Assembly: GCF_018977255.1 (NCBI RefSeq)
Contig: NW_024704742.1
Coordinates: 109,866,001-109,930,000 of the forward strand
DNA length: 64,000 bases
From: Callorhinchus milii
Lineage: Eukaryota
Direction: 5' to 3'
This document shows, in pieces, positions 12,314 through 25,019 of the stretch. Numbering within the stretch: position 1 is the first letter of the stretch; each line of letters opens with the position of its first letter. The notes beneath the pieces were generated by a model. That model was not told where the DNA came from and did not search any database. It was given only the letters and a program-made list of their open reading frames with translations. Both the position numbers and the translations under genes were made by a program.

Positions 12314-13927
12314 AGATGAAAAAGATTGGTAAATTACTTATCATTGACAGTTTTCCTTTCAGATTTAACAAGGCTTACTTAGCGCACTGTACTTTACATT
12401 GAAAACTGCTTTGTAGTTAAAATTGTTGTACCTTGTTTTACATTGCACCCTGATTATTGCTACTTTTATTAAGAGTTGATTAATTTAAGTGATCATTAAT
12501 TAAACTGGAATGATTTATTGCTCTTATTCAGCTGAAAGATTCTACCTCATGTTTTCGTAGATAAAAGCTGAAAAATACAGCCCAGCCAATGGGGCTGAAT
12601 GAAGATAATAATCCTTGCATTTGATATTACATCTTTCACTTTAAGAGGACTTCTCAAAATGCTTTACAGGATTTCCTGTAAAATGCAGTAATTGTATATT
12701 TTGAAGGTGAATGTAGCAGCCAATTTGCACATAGCAATGTACCATAGATCACTTTACTGAAGTCTGAGGTGAAAGGAAAATCTCCCTGCGAATTGATCGT
12801 CCCACACCCCCCGGCCCCTCCCCCCATAAAATAACATGATTTTCCTATTTGTAAGTCAAGCCTGAAATTTAGACGAATTTCTAATTGCAAATATATTGGG
12901 ACTTCTTGATTTTATGGTTATAAATTTGTTTTTTCAAAATACTTTGAAAGAATTAAAGCAATGGAACTAACAGTTTGAAGATATTTTTATGTGAAAATAA
13001 ACCCTTAATATTTAGTTTCAGGGATTAATTATTTTAAAATGCCTCATCATATGTTATATATATTTTCTGATATTTATTTTACACTGGAGTCTTTTTCTTC
13101 ATTGCATCACAAGAATACCCATCAATATGGCCTTTGGTCAAATCTAACTTACCATAATGTTAAGATTATTTCCTTTCAAGTATTTATTCAGATTTCCCAG
13201 CTATGATGCTGGTGTTCCAATTTGGTTGTCACTATAGCCTGTTATTTGGCAAAATAGATGTCCAGTCAAAATGAGAGACTACATTTGTGAAATCTTCATT
13301 TCTGACAGGTCTTTAAAATAATTTAATTTAGCTAAACATGATCATTCACGGGATGCATTTGTGGGCATGTGATCACTGCAAGTATGATTCAATAGAAGGG
13401 TTGAATAGATGCAGCAGAATCTTTTGTGGTGATCTTAAATGGTCATTATTCATAAGAACAAGGAAAGTTGAGGGTGATAAAAGCATCAGTCCACTGAAAC
13501 TCATTCATGTCATACCTTAAAGCTCCAGTTGTGCGAACAAGAGGAGGTCATTCAGAATACCCATCAAGCCGTTGTGGCAATTTATTAGATATTAGATGTT
13601 TCAATCTTATTTCCCTGCCTTTTCTCCATACCTCTTACATCTTTACTTTTCATGTATCAATATGTCTTCCTTTTAAAAATCCCAATTGATTCTGCCCGTG
13701 AGGCCTTAGAGGCAGTTCTTTCCACATTTGCACAATTTTCTGGGTGAAGACATCTTTTCTCATTTCACTGCTAACTGTCCTAGTTCCAATCTTAAATTGC
13801 TTCCTGCAGTGCTTTTGCCTCTATGAGTTAACTTGATAGATTATTCCAAACATTTATCACCCTACGTTTCTTTTTTGATGCTTTCCATTGATGTCATCTG
13901 GTCTAACTTTATTGGCTTACTCAATCC

Positions 13928-14037
13928 ACGACTGTTTGTGGGGCACTGCTATCTGCAATTGGCTGCTACGTTTCACTCATAAAATATACAGCCAATTCAC
14001 TTTACAGTATATTCTGTGAAGCAAGGATTATATATTA
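13928..14037 (+). mobile_element. SINE 3' fragment
   Basis: ACGACTGTTTGTGGG...CAATTCACTTTACAGTATATTCTGTGAAGC. Confidence 0.75.
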
Positions 14038-14689
14038 CTTGGAAGCTTCAGTCTGGCTTCACCTGATCAATATGATTTAATATTTATATACTTCAGTGGG
14101 GTTCCGTAACCACCTCACAAGACTGTAAAGTCTATAGACTGGGATAATTCTTCTTTTGTATCTTTATTATATTGCAAGTGTAGCAGGAGCTTGATTAATT
14201 GTGCTCTTATCAATTACCACACGGGCACCACTCTGCCCATCTCAGGGCCTGCTCCTCTCACCATGCCACTCTGCTCATTCAAAAATCAGACAATCAGAAC
14301 GTAAGCTGAAACAAGCAGAGAACAAACAAAGTTATAAAGATTTTAAATGGTACTTGTAATGAGTTTGCGCATTTTCTTCAGAAGCATGAAACTGAACCAA
14401 AGAAAAATGCATTTTGTGTTCAAATTGTGTACATTGTGTAAGAGATAACATTCAAAGTCTAAAGTACCACTTTTATATGAAGGTCTGTGGTGGTTAACCT
14501 TTGTATCAAAATTATTTAACTTTTTTTCATTATTGGAAACATTTGTAATTACAGGAATCTGGGAGCACGGTTTTTCACTAATTTCAATTATTCACACAGG
14601 CAGGAGTAGCACAGTGGGAGTAGCTTTCTATGGCAGGAAATGTATGTGTTCTATATCTTTTTTAATGAAATATCAGAATCAAATCAATC

Positions 14690-15133
14690 CTTTTGGCCAT
14701 GTCAGTAGTCTGGTTCCTGAGCCAGTCAATTCTGCAGTGCTCCAAAGCACTGTTGATGACAGGCTAGCCAGCCTGGCTAGTCGCAAGATTTGGAGAGGCA
14801 CAATAGTCAACGGGCAGATATTCTTTCCACTTGGCTCATGTTAACCTGCAAGCCAAGCCCAAACCAGTAAAGCAGCAGGAATGTGTAGTTTTCGCTGGTT
14901 AAACTCCAGCAGGAACCTGAAGCCACCCTCTGAAGTCCCCAAGCCTTCCCTACTTACACCTAATATATTTTGGAATTAGATAAGCGAAGTATGATTCTGT
15001 GGGGAGAGTATTCCATTCCAGAGAAATTTCTGTGTATAAGTGGCAATCATATTTGGAGTTCTCAGTTTGGTTTGGATACTCTTAATTATGGTGATGAATT
15101 CTCATGAATCAGACACCCAGCAGACCTAAAAAA
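14690..15133 (+). repeat. Family X copy including the 3' terminus
   Basis: GGTTCCTGAGCCAG...GTTTGGATACTCTTAA...TCAGACACCCAGCAGACC followed by an A tract. Confidence 0.8.
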
Positions 15134-15219
15134 ATATATTTTTTATGTACTAGTAATCAAAACTGAAAACGTTTTCTAATTTGGGTCTGACTTATGCATT
15201 GTAAAGCTTCAGTAGATTA

Positions 15220-15760
15220 TTATTTTACTGTCTTGGCTATATATCCTTGCATTCTATTAGCTATTTTTAATTGCTTCACCACTTTGACATGTCTACCATA
15301 ACTCCCAAGTCTTTTTCTAAGTCTCCCTGATCTAATTTGATTCCATTCATCATAGACTTGCCCCACATTATTTCCACCTTTGTGTAATGCTTTACATTTA
15401 TCAGCGTTATATTTAATTTGCCATGTGTCTACCAAATTGTATAACCTTTCTAAATCAGTTTGCAAATGTTTTGCTGCATTTTTTATCTTATCTGCTTGTT
15501 TGATTTTTGGGATGTCAGCAAATCTGACCAGTTTACATAGTTGACTTCAGTATCTTGATCATTTACATAATTTCATGACAATAAAGATCTGAATAATGAA
15601 TTCATAGGACTTAACTAAATACCGCCGCCACAGTTTAACATGACATCCTTGCAAGTGTTCTCCGTTTTCCATTATTTAACTGGTTTCTTATCTAATTCCT
15701 GTTCAATCCTGAATTCTTTTTACTTTAGACATTTTTGTAGCATTTTCCAAAAGCTTTTTG
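15220..15760 (-). mobile_element. Old CR1 LINE ORF2 fragment
   Basis: Translates QTDLERLYNLVDTWQIKYNADKCKALH and ANRMQGYIAK, typical CR1 post-RT motifs; KFAD-like motif near 15515. Confidence 0.8.
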
Positions 15761-15920
15761 ATAGTGCTCCTAATTTATATGATATCTAAGCTATTTTACC
15801 TGTAAGATGCTCACAAATGTCAAGGACATTCCTTAGGCTTGCTGGCTATTTTGTATGAACGGATATAGTTGTAAGAACTATCAGAACAAAACAAAAGCAG
15901 CTTTCAAATTAAGACAGTAT

Positions 15921-16395
15921 TATTTTGGTTAGCCGAGGTATATGATGCACTTGGAAACCTATCACTGTGCTTAAATGTCGTTAAACCAATCTACTAAGAG
16001 CTACACATATGTATATTATTTTAAAAAGATATATAAGAAAGCATTAATCAAACCACTAAGAGTTACACTTATGCTCTGTGAGGCACTCCATGTCCATGCG
16101 CTCCATGTCCCCCACCCTGCCCACTCCACCATCGGCAGTCATTCCTTTAGCTCTCTGCCACTACCTTCTGGAACTACATCCCAGAACCCTTCAGCTTGCC
16201 CCTCCCTTGCCTCCATCAAGGCCCATCTCAAGATCTTCCTCTTCGACCGGGCTTTCGGTCATCTTCCCACCCCACCCCCCTTTTAGGCTATGTTTTGTGG
16301 GGTTATCTGCAGCTGGGTGAAAAATTCCAACTCCCAGTGACAGGCTTGCTCTTCTAACACCTACCAGCAAGCCAGGATAGCTGGTCCATCAAGAC
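15921..16395 (-). repeat. Fragmented family X copy (3' end 15921-15975, body 16315-16395) with an L2 fragment (+, about 16085-16290) between the parts
   Basis: Reverse complements read TTAAGCACAGTGATAGGTTTCC...CTCGGCTAACCAAAA and CTGTCACTGGGAG; the L2 part has CCATCAAGGCCCATCTCAAGATCTTCCTCTTCGACC. Confidence 0.6.
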
Positions 16396-16532
16396 TGAAT
16401 GAAAGAAATTATAGAAATTAATTCCCAAGTCTGAAGATAAGAATGTTTTCATAATTCTTGCACGATCTTAAGTTTAAAGGCAAAATGGTCTTGCAGGCTA
16501 AGACTAGGTGGAATTTCATGCTACTGATAGTT

Positions 16533-16660
16533 ATAATAATAATAATCCTTGCATTTGATATAGTGCTTTATCAAGTCTTCGAGACATCTCAAAGCAGTTC
16601 ACAGAATACACTGTAAAGTGAATTAACCTTATTTTGTGGGCAAAATGCAGCAGCCAATTA
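16533..16660 (-). mobile_element. SINE 3' tail fragment
   Basis: (AAT)n-CCTTGCATTTGATATAG tail. Confidence 0.75.
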
Positions 16661-19319
16661 TACATTTTCACATAATACATAGCATAGCAACTTTAGTTAT
16701 ACTCAACTCCAGGGTCCTCTTTGCACAATATAGCATGCTTTTCAAACTGCTTAAGCAAATTGATATAACTTCTTGAAAGGTTCTCTCCCTCATTTTTTTC
16801 TGTACTGCGTTTTATCATTTATTCTCCTATTAATTGATTTATTCAACTATTTGGGAGAATGTTCAAGCGGAATTTAATACTTATTTTACGTACTTGGCAT
16901 TATTGTTTTAAAAGTAGTCCATTTACCCTCAACAAATATAATTCAGCAATATTTCTCAGTTAATTTCCTTTATTTTTTATTTCATTCCTTTGAAGATTTA
17001 CCTTTCAAAATAACATTCCTTTGTCATATACTTCATTCTATATTGGGTCGCTATGGAATCAATATCCACACTGATACACTCTCCCAGTGTAGTTAAACTT
17101 CTTCTACAGTCACTTAGATCATTGATTTTACAAGGTTAATTATGTCCTGGTGCAACTCTTCAGAAAGATTCTGGCTACTCATGGCACAACTAGGCATTAT
17201 CTTAATCTTCAATTCTGTTTGAAAACCATTTAATTCTGTAACTAAAAATGCTTTTAATTCATTTTTAAATAGTAATTTAATTTTAGCCTTGCACATCAGT
17301 GGGTATGTTAAAAAAAACTAATTCAACAGTTTTGTAAATTTCTTTCATTAAGAAGTAATGTAGAGTGCTTTGGAACAGTATGTTGAATTTACATTTCATA
17401 CTCCCATAAACACGCTTAGAGCTGAGGAATGCTGTAGGCATATGTAAAGCATTGTGTAGCACTACAAGTTTTTTAATGTTAGTATGTCCTTATGTATGAA
17501 TTTTATTCAGTTTTCCAGGTAATGTTATTGGCTACTCTTAAAGGGAAAACATATGAGAATGTTTTAAAATTTGAAATTCCACAAATATAATTGTTGCTTT
17601 GAGTTTGCTGGGACTTCAAGACATCCTGGACATTATGAAGATAGATTTGTTTTTGCACAAATTAATACCCGCTTACTCGGTAAAGGCTTGCACTGTGCTT
17701 TATTTTGAAGTTAATTTTACTCAGCTTTAGAAAAAATGCAATCCTTCTCGGTGTAGTGTATACTCCATTGGGTTGTTCTTAAGAGTGCTGAAAAAGAAAG
17801 GAAGGAGAGGGAAACAAAATTCTCTAAATCCCAAATGGTAATATATTTGGACGTGTGCGATCTTTGGAGTATTATTGGGATTTGGGAATGTAAGATAGTA
17901 TTATTATGCAGTCCAACTCTCATTTTATTCCCCTCATTCTGATACAATAATTAGATTTTTTTTTTAAAAAATCATTTTTATAGATCATCTCAGAGCTGTG
18001 AAGGCTGGGTAGAGTTCATTTCAGAAGGGTATCAAAAGTTCTGTTCCTAGACTGCTAACAACGTCCCCCTATCCCAATATCAGAAAGAGTAATTCTCATC
18101 CAATTCTGCCTTCCCACTGCAATATCACAATAAAGTCTCCACATGAAACAGCTTACCTCAGTAACTGACATCTAAACCTTTATTTTCCACATAGCAATTC
18201 AGTACTCCAGTGTTCCATATCTGTGCTGCTTCCAGAACTTGAATTTTGTGGTTGGAAAAAGCAATTATTGCACTTGTTTTAATAACATGTACAAGTTAAA
18301 AGAAGCTATTCTAGCTGTCTCTACAATTGATGTTAGATTCCCAGATGTTTCTGCATTTTACTTTTTTCATAGCAAGTTTTAGTTCTAGTATTTCCTCTGA
18401 GTTTCCTTCAGCCTTAAGTATTCCTATTACCACAATCATTTCAGGGTGAGAATGTAACCGCATCTCCCAGACGAGAGCATATCATATTTCCTTCATGGAA
18501 GAGTAGTTTACCTTTCTACTACTCAACCTTTTGTAGAGGTAAAATGTAAATGTGAAGAATTGCTATTGGTACATACAATTTGTGTTTGATCTATGGTGTA
18601 CATTTTGAAATATTATCATGAATAACATACAGTATTTGAGCACTATTTTCTAGTTCTGCAGTGGTCTTTTACTCTCTTCTACCACAGAATACTAGTCATG
18701 CATTACGATATGGATGGAACAGTGAAGTGCAATTGAGATAAGAATGAGCTGTTCCAAGTCATACTGTACATGTCATATTGGATTAAGAGTCACAGCAGTG
18801 TACTCACAGGATACAAAATATATGGACGGAATTGCATCTTAAACTCTTTGGGTCATACAAGTTATGGCAGCAAAGAATGTTGTTGTTGCACTATTGTATT
18901 TTGTCAGTACTATTGTATTTTGTCATTGTTAATCAAATTTATTCCTTAAAACTAACAGTAATGAAGTCTCCATGCTATTCTCCCAAATTATTTGAGTCAC
19001 AAACCTGCATTTATTAACAAGGGAAGCTTGTATCCAATAGGAATGCTTGTCCAATCAAATTTGAATTATCTGCATCTAAATTACTAAATTTTGAGAACCA
19101 AAGATCTGGAACAAGAAATACAATAATAATAATAACAATAATCCTTGCATTTGATATAACGCCTGTCATATCTTTGCAATGTCTCAAAGCGCTTTAAGAT
19201 GTCTTAGTTTCCTCAGGCCTCTGTACATTTAATCAGTTTTATAAGAGAACCTCTGATCAGACCATTAGTTTCTTTAAATCAAGGTATCTTTCTGCAAATG
19301 TTACGTAAACATACCTTTT

Positions 19320-19770
19320 GCTATCCTCCTTGCGCGAGGGAGGTAAGTGGGGTCTCCTTGGAGCTGAACTGGCTCCAAGGTGACATGCCTGGCAATGGAA
19401 TGTCGGAATTGAGCCCTCTGTGGCAGTCTCGGTAGTCCGGTTCCTGAGCCAGGCGGGTCTGCAGTACTCCAAGGCAGTAATAATGACAGCACAGCCAGCT
19501 TGGCTCATCGGCCGGGATCTGGAAGGGCAGACCAGTCACTGGGAGCAGGGAATCATCCCACTCAGCTCCTGTTAAGCCTGCCCTAACGGGTAAGGTGGTC
19601 CTAACTGAACAAGCAGCAGGAAAGTTTGCCAGACAGCAATATCAATGGCAAGCTATTCGATTTTAGCTCAGCAGTACCCCAACGCACAGTCTGGGGTCCC
19701 CGAGCCTTTGCTCTTGCCAACCTGCACTTAATCCTTTTTGGAAGCATGGTAATAGGCTGACCAAAAAAAA
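19320..19770 (+). repeat. Family X, best-preserved 5' body
   Basis: GC-rich; hairpin CCTTGGAGC-TGAACTG-GCTCCAAGG; ends AAGCATGGTAATAGGCTGACC(A)n. Confidence 0.85.
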
Positions 19771-20243
19771 ACTTTTGCATCCATGACACTTTCTGCAGCT
19801 AATTTAATGGGAATGTTTATTTAAAGTCAGTGTTTTGGGACATCCTCCTGATGTGAAACGCACTATACAAATGTAATTTTTTGTTTGTTGTATTGTATAA
19901 CTCAAAACTGACTATTGAAGTGAAAAATCAAATAATAAGAGGTTTTGACATACCCTTGGCTAGAAATCAGTGGAAGTGCTTTGGTGACCTGCAGCAAAAC
20001 ATTTTTGAAACTTCTAAATCTTATGCAAAAAAGTAATTTGCAACCTGCAGAGTCTTTGAAATAAATAAATAATCAATAAATAAATAAAGTGTTGTGTTGT
20101 TTTAGCTAATCAGTCCGTAGGGTATTATTTTTCTTTTACTGTAATATTTATAAATCAATACACTGACATTTTTATTTCAGATATGAGTAGTTAAAGCACA
20201 GAACGTTTTTATATATGAAAAAATATATTCTAAACATCTATAT

Positions 20244-20410
20244 ACAACAACAAGATTGCATTTATGGAGCGCCTTTCACGTCGGGAGGACGTCCCAAGGC
20301 GATGGACAAATGGGTCAGGACCCGAGCAGGGGGGAAATGGTCAGGGTGAGGGGAGGGAAGGGAGGGAGCGAGGAGGGGGTAGAGAGTCGAGAGGGGAGCT
20401 GAAGGTACGG
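20244..20410 (-). mobile_element. L2 3' end fragment
   Basis: Near-identical to 2638-2790 and to the reverse complement of 41496-41771. Confidence 0.85.
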
Positions 20411-20719
20411 AGTGGGAGTTATTCCACTGACTGATGAGATGTGGTTTGTATCTTCATTTTCTCACATAGAAACCTCCTGAAATGTTTAGGAGAGTTGATG
20501 ACAAGAAGGATTGGCACTTATCCAGAAAGTGAAGAATAATCAAAGGAAGAGGCTATCTGCACCACCTTCTTTGACACCTTCTTAGTACCTGTTTACTGAA
20601 TGTCTCCCTTTTAATAATAATAATCCACAATATGGTATGGGATTATTGATAAAACAAATGCTTTTTGACGATCAAACATTACCAAAATAATGTGAATATA
20701 TGTTCGTATACTACACAGT

Positions 20720-21035
20720 ATAATAATAATAATAATAATAATCCTGGCATTTTATATAGCGCTTTTCACGTCTTCTAGACGTCTCAAAACGCTTTACAGA
20801 ATATGCTATAAAGTGAATTGACTGTATATTTGTGGGTGAAACGCGGCAGCCAGCAGCAGTGTCCCACAAACAGTCGTGGATTGAAAATGATTAATTTATT
20901 ATTGCTTTGTTTTGGAGGGATTATTATTAGGCGCATAGAGTAAGGAAACCTGCCCAAGGTTTCGCCCTGCCTGGCATTGAACCCAGGTGTCTCGTTTGCA
21001 AGGCGAGCACTCTAACCACTGAGCTACAAGACTCC
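20720..21035 (-). mobile_element. Full-length tRNA-derived SINE, short subfamily
   Basis: Head (CTCTAACCACTGAGCTACA on the + strand) and (AAT)n tail. Confidence 0.9.
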
Positions 21036-21219
21036 TTAAAGTAAAAAAGGTTACTTTAATACTCAGGTTAAGGTTAATAGTCTAATGCACTGTCCAACAA
21101 AGTAAGGGACTATTTTTAATGTTACAAAGTTTTAGTTGAGGAAAGCAGTCTCCTCAACTTTAGCCAAAGTGCAGTTCGGGATGGGAATTATACTTCTAAA
21201 TTGTTTTTTCGCCCACAAT

Positions 21220-21330
21220 TTCACCCACAAATATACAGTCATTCACTTTACAGTCTATTCTGTGAAGCGCTTTGAGATGGCTAGAAGACGTGAAAAGCGC
21301 TATATCAAATGCAAGGATTATTATTATTTA
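21220..21330 (+). mobile_element. SINE 3' fragment, inverted relative to 20720-21035
   Basis: CACAAATATACAGTC...ATCAAATGCAAGGATTATTATT. Confidence 0.8.
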
Positions 21331-24300
21331 TTGCTTAGCTTTCTGGAGTACCAAAAAAGGTATGAGTCAATATAAAGTTGACTGATAGAAATCGGATGAT
21401 GCAAATAATTAAGATACTGGATGAATATTGAGTATGCAATTAGATCAGCTATTTGTGGTGATCCTAATGTTTTTTGTACCTATTATATGTTCAAAAAAAC
21501 TGAGAGCAATTGTAATTGGAATAGTTTCCTAGCAATAGGTTCCGAGTAGAAGCTATCATTATTATTATTATTATTATCATCACAGAAGGGGATACGAGAC
21601 GTAATCACAACAAATTGATGCTTTGGAAAGCTCGCCAGGTTATGTTCTCATTGTAATGAAATGCAAAAATCAACAGAAGCATGTCTTACAAATGTCATAT
21701 ATCCCTGTCTGAGAAGAAGTCCACAGACAGTACTGTATTATTTTTTGCTGAATTATAGTCTATATTGTGGGAGGAATGTCGCTTTCTGAAAGTATTAGTT
21801 TTGCATACAGATACAAATTAGACACCTTTTACATGACACTGTGACACAATTGAGCAATTGTGCTAGGAAATGGAAAATTAGCCAATTTTATCTAGTACAT
21901 TAAAGTGTTTACATGTGCCACAAATTGTTTGCTCCTAAAACAATTTGTGCCTGCAGTTTTGTCACTTATGAGTACAATTATAATCACTAGAAAATAACTG
22001 ATACCTGGTGTTACTGTAAATTATCAACATGGTAACACATGTAAACTGTGTTGTCTTACAAGTAAAGTTGACCTACTTTCCCTATGCATTGAAACTTTTG
22101 CAAGGTTCTGAATTAAATGAAATTGCTTGATTTTCTTGAAGAGTGTCTCCTTTTAAATAGCGTTTAGGTGGTCCAAAAAAATAGACGTTTGTACCAGATG
22201 CCGTGGGATTATTGATAAAAGAAATGGTTTTTGAGGAGCGTTTTGCTATTTTCCGAGAACACTGAGATCATATTGGCAGACTTGCACAAGGCCGTGAGAT
22301 GGATTGAATTCCATAATAGCCAAGATCAGGTTTCTTTATGTGCCTGGAATTGAAGTTAAGTATGTAAAATGATTGTTTTATCTTTAATTCTTTCTCACCT
22401 TGTGATTTCCCACTTTGGTTTCTTGGTTTCCAGGTATTCCAATGGGTTTGACTCAGTCCACACAGCATAAAAACTCAAATTGCATGAAACATTACAACAG
22501 CTGCACTTTACAATAATGCAAAGTTAAACATGCTAAATAGTTGAATATAACAGTTACAGAATATGTGTACATGATTATTGGAAACTGTCAGCTGTCACTT
22601 TAAAAAATTATGTGATGGACACTTTCACCCTTTTTAGTGAGGCAGGTTTGATATTATTAGTCAACAATTAAAAGCAGTTGAGAACACTCCACTTCTATTT
22701 GCATCTGAGGATTTCTCCAATGATTTCTCTGTGATCAAGTCCTGGCAGCTTGGCAGCTATTCATGCTACATAATTATCCACTTTGCTAGCAATTTAAATG
22801 ACAAGTCTAGAAGACCATATAACACCTGAATGACATTCAGTTAAAGTAAAACAATCATCTTGTATATTTACAATTTCTTTGACTGGTGTTTCATATATGA
22901 CATTTTTGACTTATCTAGTCACCAACATCTAAAGTTTATTTTCATCTGTGTTCCCAGTTTATACTTATGATTTCTTGCATGGATTGATAAGATTAATGTA
23001 TTACTTTCCATAATTCCCAAAACATGTGCCAAAAATATCCCTACCACAAAGCTAAACTCCAGGATTTATTTAATTACTAGATGAATGCTGGATCCTTGTA
23101 CTAATTTATTCATTTGAACCAGGTCTCGGCAGTTCAGCATTCAGCAGTTCTTATTACGTGGCTTTACAGTGAGTGATTTTGCTCCACTTTCTGACATCAG
23201 CTCTCATGCATGGCCTGTTATTCTGAGGTGGAATTGTTGAGCTGTCTAGAACATTAAAAACATGTTGGCCATGTCAGGATTTTTCCCCTTTCGTTTTTCC
23301 TGTTATGAGAGGCGTCAGTTTTTTCTTTTGCCTCGCATTTAACCATCTACAGATGATAACACTAGGGGGCACTGCTTATCCTTGATGTGAACATCTTTTG
23401 GGAAGATATGGAAAAAACACAGATGATTTCTTTAACTCTAATCTCATTAATAATACAACTTCTATTAAGAAACTCCTGGGCTATTTAGTCTGCTTGTTAT
23501 TGTCTATCCAGCCTGTAAATGCAAGCAGATGCAGATAAATTTATCTAATGGAAGGAACCGTTTTATACTGCAACAGTCAAGTGCAAACACGATGCACCCC
23601 CTCCCCCCATCACATTGGCTGGCATTTTTTTTACACTCTATATAATCTTGGCAGAGCTGAATAAGTTCAGTGTGGCCTGTCATGGGTTTCCGCACCCTTG
23701 CCAGCCATGCTATTAGCCACAGAACATGATGAGCTGTTTTAGAGGGATCATTGTGGGGGCAGGCAGTGTGTTTCTTTTGAACTGAGGAGAAAAAAGTTTA
23801 TGGAGAATATGGAATGAAAGAAAGAAAGAAAGAAATAGTTCAAATGATGTATTAATTACAAGGATGATAATCAAGGAAAGTAATAAATAGTGATAAATTG
23901 AATACAAACGTACATTTGGATTTAATATATATATGAAACAAGGAATGTTTATAGATGCAAACAACATACACATGTGGTTGCTTGGCTGATTAACCACAAA
24001 TCAAACTTATGCACCCTTGCCTTCTATTAAATTCTTAATTATTTTTATAAACATTCTATTATTGAGAGGCTCCCCTCCTGACGTGAAAGGAACTCGATCC
24101 AAATGTAATTTTTTGTTGTTGTTGCTGTTGTTAATGGGGAAAGGTAATGCAGCAGCGGGCTATACAGATAATAGGTAACAGATTTGAATCCAAATTAGCT
24201 GATCTCAACCTGAGGGAACAACAATTGGCCTCAGTGACCCTAGTTTTAAGGAGGGAAAATCAGACATAGTTTCAAACTCCTTTTTGCTTTCTTGACATCC

Positions 24301-25019
24301 ATAAAGCAAGGTGTGTCTGAATGGACCTCAGGAGAAGATTAGGCTTGGTTGTGATGTCCCCGTAGTCAAATCACCTGCAGATTGAATAAAGTTCTGGAGG
24401 GCATTGGCACCTTTGCAACCATACCCTAGAGGGAGGAAAGCACAATGAAACTACCTTAATGAAAGCAGGGAGAACATTTTGCAAGAAAAATAATCCTACC
24501 TTTTTTAGATTCCAATAGGGACTAATTTACAGTATTTCTTAAATGTTAGAATTATCATCAATTTCATTCTGGAAATAGACTTCATGGAGCGCAGTTCCAA
24601 ACATGTGTTGACTTGAAGTAAGTACTTCTGGACACCAATTCTTTTTTGAGGAATTCTATAAAAAATTACTGCTAAATTAGACTCCAGTGTTAGCGGCAAA
24701 TCTATCTGCTCAATCGCTTTTTGTATTTTTTCTGTCCAAGTATATTGCCCTTCAGAAAGTAAAACTCACCAATTTCTTCTGTTTAATTACATTATGCCAA
24801 ACAATTGCACAGTTTAATTTTTTAGTTTTTCAAAGTGATTTTTTCAACCTTCCCCTTACTTTTGTTCCCACCAAGGATCTCACTGAGCCTGGTAGACAAG
24901 ATGCTTTCAAACCTCTGCATTTGCCCCCATTCAATTGTTGTTCACAATGATTTGACTAAGACTAGCAATTCTATGTATGAGGTATGTGCACATAAATCTG
25001 TTTATTATCTGTTTCAGAC

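Noticed and set aside
19600..19700. Group I intron-like P/Q motifs in family X
   Set aside because: Only superficial similarity; no P7/R-S pairing could be identified.
24135..24480. Possible ancient SINE-like repeat (similar hints at about 40665-40760)
   Set aside because: Too diverged to define boundaries or family without a database search.
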